A DNA stretch of 56,165 bases from Octopus bimaculoides (lineage: Eukaryota): contig NC_068989.1 in NCBI RefSeq assembly GCF_001194135.2, forward strand, positions 74,822,129 through 74,878,293. The letters run 5' to 3'. The notes below the pieces were generated by a model. It ran no database searches. It had not been told where the DNA came from and worked only from the letters and a program-made list of their open reading frames with translations. This document shows, piece after piece, positions 22,830-34,932 of the stretch (its first letter is position 1; each line of letters begins with the position of its first letter). The position numbers were made by a program, and so were the translations under genes.

Positions 22830-24861
22830 ATGGCAGCATTTATTCAGTTGTGCGTTCTTCCTCTCCTACTTTACTCAAAAATTGTATCGCATGCACGAGA
22901 CTTCGACAACTGTATCCCAGCTTTGTGTTCTTTTTCTACCGAACTTGGAGTAGCTAAACGTTGTTCGTGTCGCTCGGGTTGCTACCTCTACAATGAATGT
23001 TGTTCTGATATGATTAATGACACCACCTCTAATCAGAAACAACCCTATCCATCAATATATTACAGTTGTAGAGAAGTCGGAGACTCTTATGTTCATTACA
23101 CTTATTATTATCAATTTGACCGTTGTCCACCTAACCATGATGTTACGGAGTATATCAACAACTGTGAAAATCCTGACGCAGATGATCAACTGCAATCCAT
23201 TCCTGCTTTTTGTAAAACAAGTAAAAAACTATATAGGAACCTATATTGCGCTCTCTGTCATGGAGAGGAATTCATTCTTTGGAATCTTTCATATAACTGC
23301 TATTCCATTTTTAATATAAGCTTCGAAAATATATCCAGTTATGTCAAAGAGGGAACATGTAAACCAACTGTGAAGCTTCCTTAAGAAGATTTGGAGAAAT
23401 ATTTGTTTTCCTGTATTCCATATATTTCGAATTGTCCTCAAGATAACAATAATACGAAAGAAAGAACTGCATGTGAATCTGGGGCCATATCCTTAATATA
23501 TTTACCTGAGAAAAATTCTTGTGTATATGCTGAATATGCATTTATTAAGATTTACAAAAACAGAGGTTGTGCCAAATGCAACGGGGTTTCTCAAATTCCG
23601 TGTATAGTGTCCTGTGTGGAAATGTTACCACATTTAAGATCTCCATCACTAACAATCCTTTTCAATTATCATACAAATTCCATAAAGGTAAGAGAAGAAA
23701 TCAGCGGAACGGAACATACACTTGTACAGTTGCCCTCCTGTCCAAAACACGCAGTCTACGATATGAATACTAAGGAATGTCGGCAAGTTATCTACCATCC
23801 TCAGCTAAACTGTACGACAACAAGATTAAATGAATCTGAGTATTATATCACTAGTGATGGTCGTCTCTACTTAAATAATACCCAACGTTTGATGAACCAA
23901 TCAGAATTCACTCGTGATTCTCAAGGTATAATAAGTATCTGTGTAAACAATGGTACCAATAATATATCAAATATACATGGCATATCAAAATATTCCGTAG
24001 CTGAGAGCTATATTACATTAGTGGGACTAGTGATCTCTATTCCAGCTCTAGCAATCACTATTTTAGTCTATCTCTGTATACCTGATCTCCGTACCTTACC
24101 AGGTAAATTACTAATTAGTCTTTTATTAGCATTGTTTGTAGCTGAGCTTCTCTTTCTTATCTCATCACAAGTCACTGTATCTACAATGCTGTGTAAATCT
24201 TTAGCTGTGATGTTGCATTATTATTTTCTAGCGACTTTCTTCTGGATGAATGTCATGTCTTTTGATGCCTGGAACACTTTCTCAGGACTTACACAACTTC
24301 GAAGTAAAGGGAAAAATACCAAGAGACTTGTCTTGTATTCCTTATATGCTTGGACCTGTCCATTTGTAATAGTAACTGTTTCACTGATATTTGAGTACAC
24401 ACCTGGAAATCATGGACTTTCTCCAGAATATGGAAATGGTACCTGCTGGATTGGAAATGGAAAAAGTCTTTTGTGGCACTTTGCAATCCCCGTAATGATT
24501 ATTTTATGTCTTAATATAATAGCATTTATTCTTATCACTTTCTTCAAAATATTTATCGAAACATAACAAAAATGAATTTGTTATTCACTTAAAACTATTC
24601 TTTATCATGGGTCTAACATGGACATTTGCATTTCTGTATACGTTTACAAGAATTGAAGAATTTTCTCTGTTATTTTGTATTTTAAACTCATTCGTTGGAT
24701 TATTTATTTGTGTATCGTTTCTATCAACAAAGACAGTTCGTCACAATATTCTTAGTAATTTGCACAAAATTGCAAAATTGCCTACAAAAGAATTTACTGA
24801 TGTTTCTTCTGCTCCTAAAACAATATCAATGGCTGTATCTACTGAAGGCTCAGCTAATTAA
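22830..24861 (+). pseudogene. GPCR copy 2, disabled by one nonsense codon and one 26-nt frameshift deletion
   Basis: CCT TAA GAA GAT TTG at 23379-23393, where copies 1 and 4 have CCT TCA GAA GAT TT(G/A). After ATC ACT (24539) the paralog segment AGA GGG CTC TAT TTG GCA AGT AAA CT is missing. The rest is collinear to the shared stop at 24859-24861. Confidence 0.93.
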
Positions 24862-24959
24862 CATCACAGATTCTATGGAGACTCTCTGGACTTCAGTACA
24901 GTTGCTAGAAATAGCAACGAAATCTTTATCGTATAATACCGTCGAAAAATAGAATTTTA

Positions 24960-24965
24960 AATAAA
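24960..24965 (+). promoter_or_regulatory. Candidate polyadenylation signal, copy 2 (paralogous AATAAA at 42341-42346 for copy 4)
   Basis: ttttaAATAAAccatg is conserved in the homologous 3' UTRs of copies 2 and 4. Confidence 0.45.
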
Positions 24966-25692
24966 CCATGTCCGAAAAGGAAGTCGGGATGATCACGGCT
25001 GGAATACTTGTAGCTATGGATGCTTTTCATCTCTCTGAACTGTTGCTAAACAACAACAACAATAGCAATCGACTTTAAACATCCTTAATGCGAACAGCAT
25101 TTGATATTTCTTTTGCTCTGGTACCAATATCCTTTCACGTATATCAAACATCTTTCAAATGTACAAAATATGACGTTCTTTCATGAAATGTAATATTTGC
25201 CTCTGAGAAAAATTATTCATCCTCTCCTGCAGGCACACTAGAAAGTTTTAAATGTCAAATGAAAAAATTCCGTATGGGTAAAAATTTTCGACTTTCGAAA
25301 AATTTTGACTTTCGAATTTGAAATTGGCTTTTACACCTAATGTATAGACACTTTTTTGTATTACAATGCTGGTACATATTTCACCTCATATTTAACATTT
25401 TACATTCGACTTTTAAGAAAGCCTTCAACTATTTTACAAATTTGAATTTAAATTTCGCTGGGGTTAAATTTTTCCTCACTTTTACTCATTTTTTATATTT
25501 AAATTTTAAATTATTCTTTCAGATTTTTATATTTTTTAATTTATATATGTATATTGCATTTAGTTATGTTATATTAATTCATTGTACAATTTCCTCATTT
25601 TAATATTTTATACACCAGGCAATTTTTAGATATATTTGTATGCTTATATACGTTATGGGGTATATATTTATCTGGATGTGAAGACATGGAAA

Positions 25693-25736
<44 letters not shown>

Positions 25737-26164
25737 ATTTGTATATTTGTATGCGTGTCTATATGTGTGTTACTTTTGCATATATGTATCAATTTATGTA
25801 GACATGTATCTATTTATATAGACATGTATGTATTATTTATGTAGACATGCATTTCGTTTTACATGTGTGGGTTTTGTTTTTTGTTTTTTTTTAATGTATG
25901 CATTTGCAAGCTTACCGAAGTATCTAACATTTATTAGATACCTTTTAGGAACGCCAACTTCCGAATCATCTCATTCTCTTTCTCTATCTATTTTATCTAA
26001 TTCTTTCTTTTTTTTTTTCTTTCTTCCATCACTTCTTTTATCCTCCTTCTTTTCTTCTTTTTCTTTCTCCCACTCACTTATTCTCTGATTTTCTTTTCGA
26101 TTTCTTTCTCCAACTTGTAACAACTAGGTTGTATATTTGAAACACACGGAGAAGTATTACGTGC

Positions 26165-26201
<37 letters not shown>

Positions 26202-26960
26202 CATGTATGTGGATACCTTTATATGCATTTGCATATAGTTATGTTTTGCCTGTATTTGTTTGTATATGTATGTAGGCATGTACCAACGTTCGTATGTTTA
26301 GTGTATATATGCATATATAGGGTTTTTTGGTATGTGTATTACTAAATGTATTTATATTTTTATGTTGTTAGTTCTTTGTAAATGTTTTTATTTTAAACGG
26401 ACATATCTTTTTAATTTATGTATATTTTAATTCTTACCATCAATTAATTTACCCTGGGTATACACCGTTTTTTCATTCTACTAAAGCTATTTTTTTAATT
26501 TAAGGTTTTCTTCGATTTTTATAATAAAAAGATTTTAAATCGTAATTGTAATGTCATAATACCGGTTATTGAAAGGACCAATGAAACAAAGCCATTTTCA
26601 AATGTGTATATATCAAAGTAATTGCATATTTACGCATGTAACCATGATTTGTTCCATTCTAAACCAAAACTGTCTGACGAACGGGAACAAGCCCCAAGAA
26701 GCGGTTGTTGGACTTGTAAAAGACCTAATTAAACCCTTAATTCTTAATATCATTTCCATTCTATGTAAGTTGGGATTTTTTTTTATATGTATACACATGT
26801 ACATTTTTTTGTATTAAATGTATTTAACATTTAATATATATATCGACTTGCCTAATTGCTTCACCTTACATGTACTCCTCTGCTGCTCAAGTTTAAATCT
26901 CTTGAGCACTACGAAGTGTATTTTATACAGAGAACACCTGTCACTAATCTATAGATAAAT

Positions 26961-27064
<104 letters not shown>

Positions 27065-29164
27065 GAAAAAAACAAATTTATCTTATTCCACACGGGTAGA
27101 AATATAGGCAAAATAGAAGTTGAAAATGCACTAGAAAGAGGTGGCTTATGTCGCAGCTGTTTTGCTTCTGACTCGTGTTTGAAGCTTGCCCTATTTTTAT
27201 AGGGAGTTCATGGTTGAAATTAGTATGTTTTGAATAGAATTTGATTGGTAGAGGATGGTTACATGACTGTTCTTAGGAATGTAAATTCCCTGCTTCATCC
27301 GTGTGTTACTGTCAAGTGACAATGTTTGGTGTCGTAAGTTAAGGCTGACACGCTTGACTGAACATGTCCAAACAATCAATGATCTGAATGTTTCCTGTCA
27401 AATGGTTGTAGAGAATGAACACATGATTAAGTTTATAACCTTTTATCTTCCACTATGTTCGTGCATTAGTGCCACGTGACTGTATAATTTGTGCCTAAAA
27501 AGAAGGCCAAGGTTGAGTGAATATGGTTAGTTATAATCAAGGCACTCCAAGCTCAATCTGTCTGGTAGGAGAGTGGACAAGATTCGTTTGTATGTAGTCC
27601 CGTGGCTAAAATTTAATTAGCTATGTAGCTTTCTTTTTTCCTATATATATATATATATATNNNNNNNNNNNNNNNNNNNNNNNNNNNNNNNNNNNNNNNN
27701 NNNNNNNNNNNNNNNNNNNNNNNNNNNNNNNNNNNNNNNNNNNNNNNNNNNNNNNNNNNNNNNNNNNNNNNNNNNNNNNNNNNNNNNNNNNNNNNNNNNN
27801 NNNNNNNNNNNNNNNNNNNNNNNNNNNNNNNNNNNNNNNNNNNNNNNNNNNNNNNNNNNNNNNNNNNNNNNNNNNNNNNNNNNNNNNNNNNNNNNNNNNN
27901 NNNNNNNNNNNNNNNNNNNNNNNNNNNNNNNNNNNNNNNNNNNNNNNNNNNNNNNNNNNNNNNNNNNNNNNNNNNNNNNNNNNNNNNNNNNNNNNNNNNN
28001 NNNNNNNNNNNNNNNNNNNNNNNNNNNNNNNNNNNNNNNNNNNNNNNNNNNNNNNNNNNNNNNNNNNNNNNNNNNNNNNNNNNNNNNNNNNNNNNNNNNN
28101 NNNNNNNNNNNNNNNNNNNNNNNNNNNNNNNNNNNNNNNNNNNNNNNNNNNNNNNNNNNNNNNNNNNNNNNNNNNNNNNNNNNNNNNNNNNNNNNNNNNN
28201 NNNNNNNNNNNNNNNNNNNNNNNNNNNNNNNNNNNNNNNNNNNNNNNNNNNNNNNNNNNNNNNNNNNNNNNNNAAATAGCCGAGTTTTCCGGCGAACCAA
28301 TTGAAGGAATCCAAGAACTGGCGAGGTGTGACTGGTTTTCCCGACCATATCCCAATGAGGGTGGGGCGGCTGCTGGACATGGGGTTCATAACAGTGAACA
28401 ACTTGTTAGACAGAACAATAGTACAGACGCAGAATGACACTCGTGATATTGCGGGGATGGTGTTGGCGGAGCCCAGGGGAGCTAAGCGGCAAGTAGTAAA
28501 ATGCGAAACCGGAGAGCATTGTAGAGCTGTTGTGTCCATGTTAGTCAAATAATAATCCATTACAATGTGTAAAAACAAAGAAAAGGAAATCTAATATGTT
28601 GGTAGCTCCCCTGTCAACCAAGTAAAGGCGCTCCTTCATTGGCTGCCTGTAATAAGGGTTTTGGTATGGGGAAGAAAAGTGGGAACCCTCGTGGACAGGA
28701 GCTACACAACAACCTTATTGACTCTGAAGGTGACTGAAAACTGAAAAGCAGTAATCACTTTAAGGGTTAAGAGTGAAATGGAAATTAGGAGTAAGACATT
28801 TGTGTAGAGGTTCGTGTTTATATATTTGACGTACACAGTAGGTTTACAAATGTGGGTGAGAGCATATGGACATAAGCAACATTGAGCGAGAGCAAATATA
28901 CTCCCATGTAGAGATTTCCTATTGAATACTGCAATAGAAAATACATTCTTATTGTAATTGATTCAAGTAATGTAAATGTGTATATTTGTATGTTTGTGTG
29001 TTTACGTGTGCGTGTGTGTGTATGTTTGTATGTGTGTGTTTTTGTGTGTTTTTGTGTGTGTTTGTGTGTGTAGATTATTCACAGTTGAAGTACAAAATTA
29101 ATTAAAAGTTATATATCACTTTATGAAGGGAATATGTCAATTCTTATGCACTTTAACTAAATGG

Positions 29165-31675
29165 TGAGTGAATAATGTGTATATGCACACACACACATAC
29201 ACACATGCACACATACATACACAAACGCGCGCGCACACTCATACATGAAGAATTTAAGTGGGGTACTCCAGACTTTTTCAATTAATCACTTATATAATAC
29301 TAATTGTGTATAGATAACACAATATTTCACACTTGGATGCATAGATTTTCATGAAATTAGTTCATTATATACAAATGGGTGCATCGTAACACACTCTGTT
29401 TGCTTATCATTAACGACTGTTTTACGCACCTGGTAACCTACATCCACCTAATTATGTTAATATCTTGCTAATTGTTCATCTTTTGATTTTGATGCAAATG
29501 TTTTAAGCTGTATTCTATGTAATTTTCTAGTTTTCTCGGTGATGTCGATTTTTTGTGTGTTAATTTATATTAAATATCGGTCCAATAGATTAGTCGTGTT
29601 TGAACAGATACACTCTGTTGACGTTTGCGAGAATAAAAATGAAGACATAGAAGGCGAAGTCTTAATGCAATGAACAAAGAACGAAGAAATCACAACGTCT
29701 ACGTATTCAAGTTGTTGGACACCAGTGTTTTTGTTTAAGTATAAATACAAATATTATGATTTTATAAGAATTAATAAGAAAAATGAGGATCAGAACGTCC
29801 CTGCCATTGACGGTAATATGAGATAAGGTAAGATCGTAGTTACGTTTTTCCTAATTCTTTCTCCGTCACAGTCTATCCAGCGATTCTGTTTTATAGTGAG
29901 GCTTACTCTAGATATACCTTCCTATTTATCAACTGTACACCTATCTTTCCCAAGAGTTCTGACTAAGATCGCTGCTACTATATTAAGCTTTCTTAGTTGA
30001 AGACATTTTAACATATATGATATTTTGTTATCAAGCCATTAACCATTACCTTTAATTCTATAATATAGTGTTTATATATAATTACTATACACCTGTTTTA
30101 TCATTTAATCAATATATAATCTAGTGGTTGTATTTTTTATATCTTATACATATACGGAGTCCAAATCTAATATTTTCTCTAATATCCCATGTTATAATTG
30201 CTACATTTTGTACTTTGAATAGTAGGTAGAAATAAAAGCATTAGAGTATCTTTTGTGAAGTACCAGTCTCTAAGTTATTAGTGAATAAGCAATTAAATAC
30301 TTGCCCATTAGATTGAAACTCTACTATTCAGCAAGTTACAAATATTCAATTTCATACATACGTATATATATATAACAATGAGACCTACTGATCAGAACTA
30401 AGGAAAACATCTCAAAGTTCGAAATCACGTAATATAGGTATACCTGTGATCCTTATTTGCGACTTTCAGCTGCAATGTTGAGTTAAATTTTGCTCGTCCC
30501 TGGATTTTCGTCAGCCTGTTGTACTTTCAGCGAAATTCTGGCTTATTTTGAGTATTTTTCGACTCTTATTTCTAGCATCAATTGTCGGCTGTCCTTCTAC
30601 TCCTTATTTCGAGCATTCAAATGACACGTTGATTATCTAGAGGAAAGATTTACTACAGTGTATAGAGAAGTTTAAACATATGGAAATTATAACATAACGA
30701 GAAACATGCAAATGAATATTGCGAATGATATTGCACGCACCTTGCAAACATGGGATAGCGGATACCGTTTTAGATTCGGTATAATGGACAAAGATGAGAA
30801 GCAGTATATGTATGTGCTGCCACAGGCAACATGCTACTGAAGCAGTTATTAACAAGAATCCAGTTGAATTTCATGAGTTATTGGGTTTAGGATAATTTTA
30901 CAGCATATGTCCACTCAGTGAAACAGAAGTCTTATGATGTTGAAAGCTGAAGGTTGTAACGTTTATGAAAGTGATCACAGATTAACTATTTTTTCTCTAC
31001 GCCTAAAAAAGGAGTATACGTATAACATTTCTTAAAATTTATAAGAAAAGGATATTTTCGAATGAGACTAACAATACATTGTGATATCTAATAGTAATCT
31101 ACAACTGAACATCATTGATATATTATATATTTACTAGGGATGAACTTTGATTAGTAGTATAAATAACCATGATTTAAATTGAGAACTGTATCTATCATTT
31201 GTGTTTGTATATGTATATGTGTGTGGGGGGGGGGTGTTCATATATGGGTGTTTGCGTTTACAATAATATGTATAATTATATATTTCTTCTTTTACAGACA
31301 CGCTTACTATCTCCCGATATATATACAGACTGTCTCGTGACCGAAGTGCAAGCATTGATAATTTACAATCAGTATAATCAGAAGACCTGCTTAAACCTAA
31401 AGCAGATAGTCGGGGATTGTTAAATGGTGACGATTTCGTATTAATAACTTAACAAGAAATCTGAAATAAGGGAGTCGCTAACTGTATTGATGCATGTTTC
31501 TAAATTGTATAAATCTGGAAACTGAAAAGCAATTTCGTTCTATGATTAACATAATACTTATATAAAATTTCAAAATACATATCAGGATATTAAATTTACG
31601 GCAATAAAATAAATTACCAAAATATCACCAAGATTTGATGGCTCAATTATTACTTTGTTAATTATATTTTTAAAA
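29165..31675 (+). repeat. Paralogous upstream block of GPCR copy 3
   Basis: Matches 17050-17800/19497-19660, 37030-38510 and 47065-47335; 30900-31120 matches 21690-21920. Confidence 0.8.
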
Positions 31676-33714
31676 TGGGAACTTTTATTCAATCGTTTAT
31701 AATTTTACTTCTACTGCTTTCAAATGTTATATCACATACAACATACTTCAACAATTGTAGCCCAGCTTTGTGTTCTGTTACTCCCACACCTGGCATACCT
31801 AAACGTTGTTCGTGTCACCAATACTGCTACCTCTACAGTGAATGTTGTTCTGACATTATTAATAAGACTACTTTTTATCACAAACAACCCTATCCATCAA
31901 CATATTATAGTTGTAAAGACGTTAATGGCTCGTATTATTATCAAATTGATCGTTGTCCACCTAACCATGATGTTATGGAGTATGTAAACTACTGCGAAAA
32001 TCCTGTCTCGGATGATCAACTACAAAACATACCTGCTTTTGGTAAAACAAGTAAAATGCTCTACAGGAACCTTTATTGCGCTCTGTGTCATGAAGAGGAA
32101 TTCATTCTTTGGAATCTTTTATATAAATGTGAATTCAGGCCTAATGTAAGCTTTGAAGATATTACAAGTTATGTCAAGAATAGATGCCAGTTAACTCTAA
32201 AACTGCCTTCAGTAGATTTGGGGAAATATTTGTATTCCTGTAATCGATATATTTCGAACTGTCCTCATGGTAACAATAACACGGAACAAAGAATTGCATG
32301 CGAATTTCAGCCCATGGCGTTAATATATTTAGATAAGGAAGAATATTTTATACATACCAAATATAGACATTTTAAGTTTTACAAAAACCGAGGTTGCGCC
32401 ACATGCAACGGGGTTTCTGAAGTTCCATGTAAAGTATCCTATCCTAAGGATAACTTGAAAGTTTTACCTACAGCTTTAACAGTCCTTTTCAATTATCATA
32501 CAAATTCCATAAAAGTAACTGATAAGTCCACTGAAAAGAAACATACACTTGTGAAGTTGCCCTCCTGTCCAAAACATGCTGTCTACGATATGAATACTAA
32601 CAAATGCAGACAAGTTATCTACCATCATCAACTAAACTGTACGACAACGAGTTTAAATGAATCCGAGTATTACATCACTAACGATGGTCGTCTCTACTTA
32701 AATAATACCCAACGTTTGATGAACCAATCAGAATTCATTCGTAATTCACAAGGTATAATAAGTATCTGTGTAAACAATGGTACCAATGATATATCAAATA
32801 TCAATGGTTTATCAAAATATTCCGTAGCTGAGAGCTATATCACATTAGTGGGACTCGTGATCTCTATTCCAGCCCTAGCAATCACCATTATAGTCTATCT
32901 CTGTATACCTGATCTCCGTACCTTACCAGGTAAATTACTCATCAGTGTCTTGTCAGCACTGTTTGTTGCTGAGCTTCTCTTTCTTATCTCATCACAAGTC
33001 ACTACATCTACAGTGTTGTGTAAATCTTTAGCTGTGGTGTTGCATTATTCGTTTCTAGCGACTTTCTTCTGGATGAATGTCATGTCATTTGATGCTTGGT
33101 ACACTTTCTCAGGATTTATACAACTTCAAAGAAAAGGAAAAGGCACCAAGAGGCTTGTATTGTATTCCTTGTATGCTTGGATCTGTCCACTTGTAATAGT
33201 AACTATTTCACTGATATTTGAGTACACACCTGGAAATCATGGACTTTCTCCAGACTATGGAAATGGTATTTGCTGGATTACAAACGGAAAAAGTCTGCTA
33301 TGGTTTTTTGCAATCCCCGTAATGGTAATTTTATGCCTTAATATCATAGCATTTATCCTCACCATCAGAGGGCTCTATTTGGCAAGTAAACTTTCTTCAA
33401 AATTTTTATCAGAACATAATAAACAGGAGTTCATCATTTCCATAAAACTATTCCTTGTCATGGGACTTACATGGACATTCGCTTTTTTGTATACATTTAC
33501 AAAAATTGACGAACTTTCTCTGTTATTTTGTATATTAAACTCATTCGTTGGACTATTTATTTGTTTATCGTTTCTATCAACAAAGATTGTTCGTCGGAGC
33601 ATTTTTCGTAATTGGCACAAAATTACAAAATTGTTGACAAAAGAATTTACCGATGTTTCTTCTGTTTCTGAAACAATATCAATGGATATATCTACTAAAA
33701 GTTCGGGTAATTAA
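31675..33714 (+). CDS. Class B-type (Methuselah-like/SMB-domain) 7TM GPCR, copy 3, 679 aa
   Basis: Intact ORF with signal peptide, RCSCHQYCYLYSECC, RNLYCALCH, KNRGCATCNG and a 7TM region collinear with the other copies. Confidence 0.96.
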   Translation: MGTFIQSFIILLLLLSNVISHTTYFNNCSPALCSVTPTPGIPKRCSCHQYCYLYSECCSDIINKTTFYHKQPYPSTYYSCKDVNGSYYYQIDRCPPNHDVMEYVNYCENPVSDDQLQNIPAFGKTSKMLYRNLYCALCHEEEFILWNLLYKCEFRPNVSFEDITSYVKNRCQLTLKLPSVDLGKYLYSCNRYISNCPHGNNNTEQRIACEFQPMALIYLDKEEYFIHTKYRHFKFYKNRGCATCNGVSEVPCKVSYPKDNLKVLPTALTVLFNYHTNSIKVTDKSTEKKHTLVKLPSCPKHAVYDMNTNKCRQVIYHHQLNCTTTSLNESEYYITNDGRLYLNNTQRLMNQSEFIRNSQGIISICVNNGTNDISNINGLSKYSVAESYITLVGLVISIPALAITIIVYLCIPDLRTLPGKLLISVLSALFVAELLFLISSQVTTSTVLCKSLAVVLHYSFLATFFWMNVMSFDAWYTFSGFIQLQRKGKGTKRLVLYSLYAWICPLVIVTISLIFEYTPGNHGLSPDYGNGICWITNGKSLLWFFAIPVMVILCLNIIAFILTIRGLYLASKLSSKFLSEHNKQEFIISIKLFLVMGLTWTFAFLYTFTKIDELSLLFCILNSFVGLFICLSFLSTKIVRRSIFRNWHKITKLLTKEFTDVSSVSETISMDISTKSSGN

Positions 33715-34299
33715 CATCACACGTGTCCTGTGGGATATACCTATATGAAGACTTGGAATATCTCTGTATGAATTCACTAGAGTTGCTAGAAATATCATCG
33801 AAACGCGTCATATGTTTTTTTTTTCTTTCAAATCCCCTGGTCCTCGATGTCTTTCATGTTGAATTTGCAATGATTTCGCCTTTTTCTGCAAGTCAACCAT
33901 CCAAGGTCATTTACAGAGCTCTACTTGTTTAACCTAAGCAATTTGGTTCATCACTTTTTCACTAACCCTGAACTGAAGGAAATATGGAACGTTGTGAATA
34001 CATGTAGCATTATCTATATGGATATTGTGGACGGTATCTGAGGACAGATTTAAGATTTTTAATAAACGCCTGTATAATAACAGGAAAAAACTGTATTTTT
34101 ATAAAAATATTATAAACATAAAGCTAAATCATCAATTTAATAATTTCATTCAATAAAACTACTATAAGCATCAATAACTGCCTCAACACCGAGTTGAAAT
34201 CGTTTGCGAATGAAAAAACTAGATCCGAAATAAGTGTTATAGAGGTATAGAAGGGGTATGTATTAATGATCACAGGGGTTTGTATATGGGTGCTATTCG

Positions 34300-34893
34300 T
34301 GGGGCGGGGGCTTACATTTAGATTAATATAAGAATTTTAAAGTGCGGAAGAATTTGTGCTTACATGTAGTGAAGGCCTCGTTGTATATAAATACATTGTG
34401 GTGAGTTGTGGGTTAGAATTCTGAGAGCTTCTTTTAAGCAAAGTTCATAACTGAAGTGTTGTCTCTGATATAGGGTACCCGAGTCTTTTATGGCCCAGTT
34501 TATACTGTATTTTTCTATTAATTAGTTGGTGTATGTGGCTGGCTGGCTGGCTGGTGATGTAGAATTGCTATTCTCTTTATATTTAAACGAGTTTAAATGT
34601 GCCTAATACCTTTGTTTAAAATTGGTGCTAGAACCAATGTAGTAGCTACAGGAGTCATTTACCATGTTGTGAACAGTGCATCGGCATACGACGTTGAATC
34701 TTCTGCATTGGGCTTGCAACGAGCAATCTGTGCCGGATCTGCAGTTGCAGTTATCGGTTCTACGGTGGTTAAATGGAGAGAGAGAGAGATGAGGTAGTGC
34801 CGGTAGTGGCTTGGATGGTATTAGGTGAATCGATCGTGATATTGCTGCTATTATTGCTGTCGTTTCTAGTATCGATATCAATGCGAGCGTTAC

Positions 34894-34932
<39 letters not shown>

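Noticed and set aside
27130-27400. Possible third Penelope GIY-YIG remnant (minus strand YKNRASFKHESEAK)
   Set aside because: Only one short motif amid stops; too weak to annotate without a profile search.
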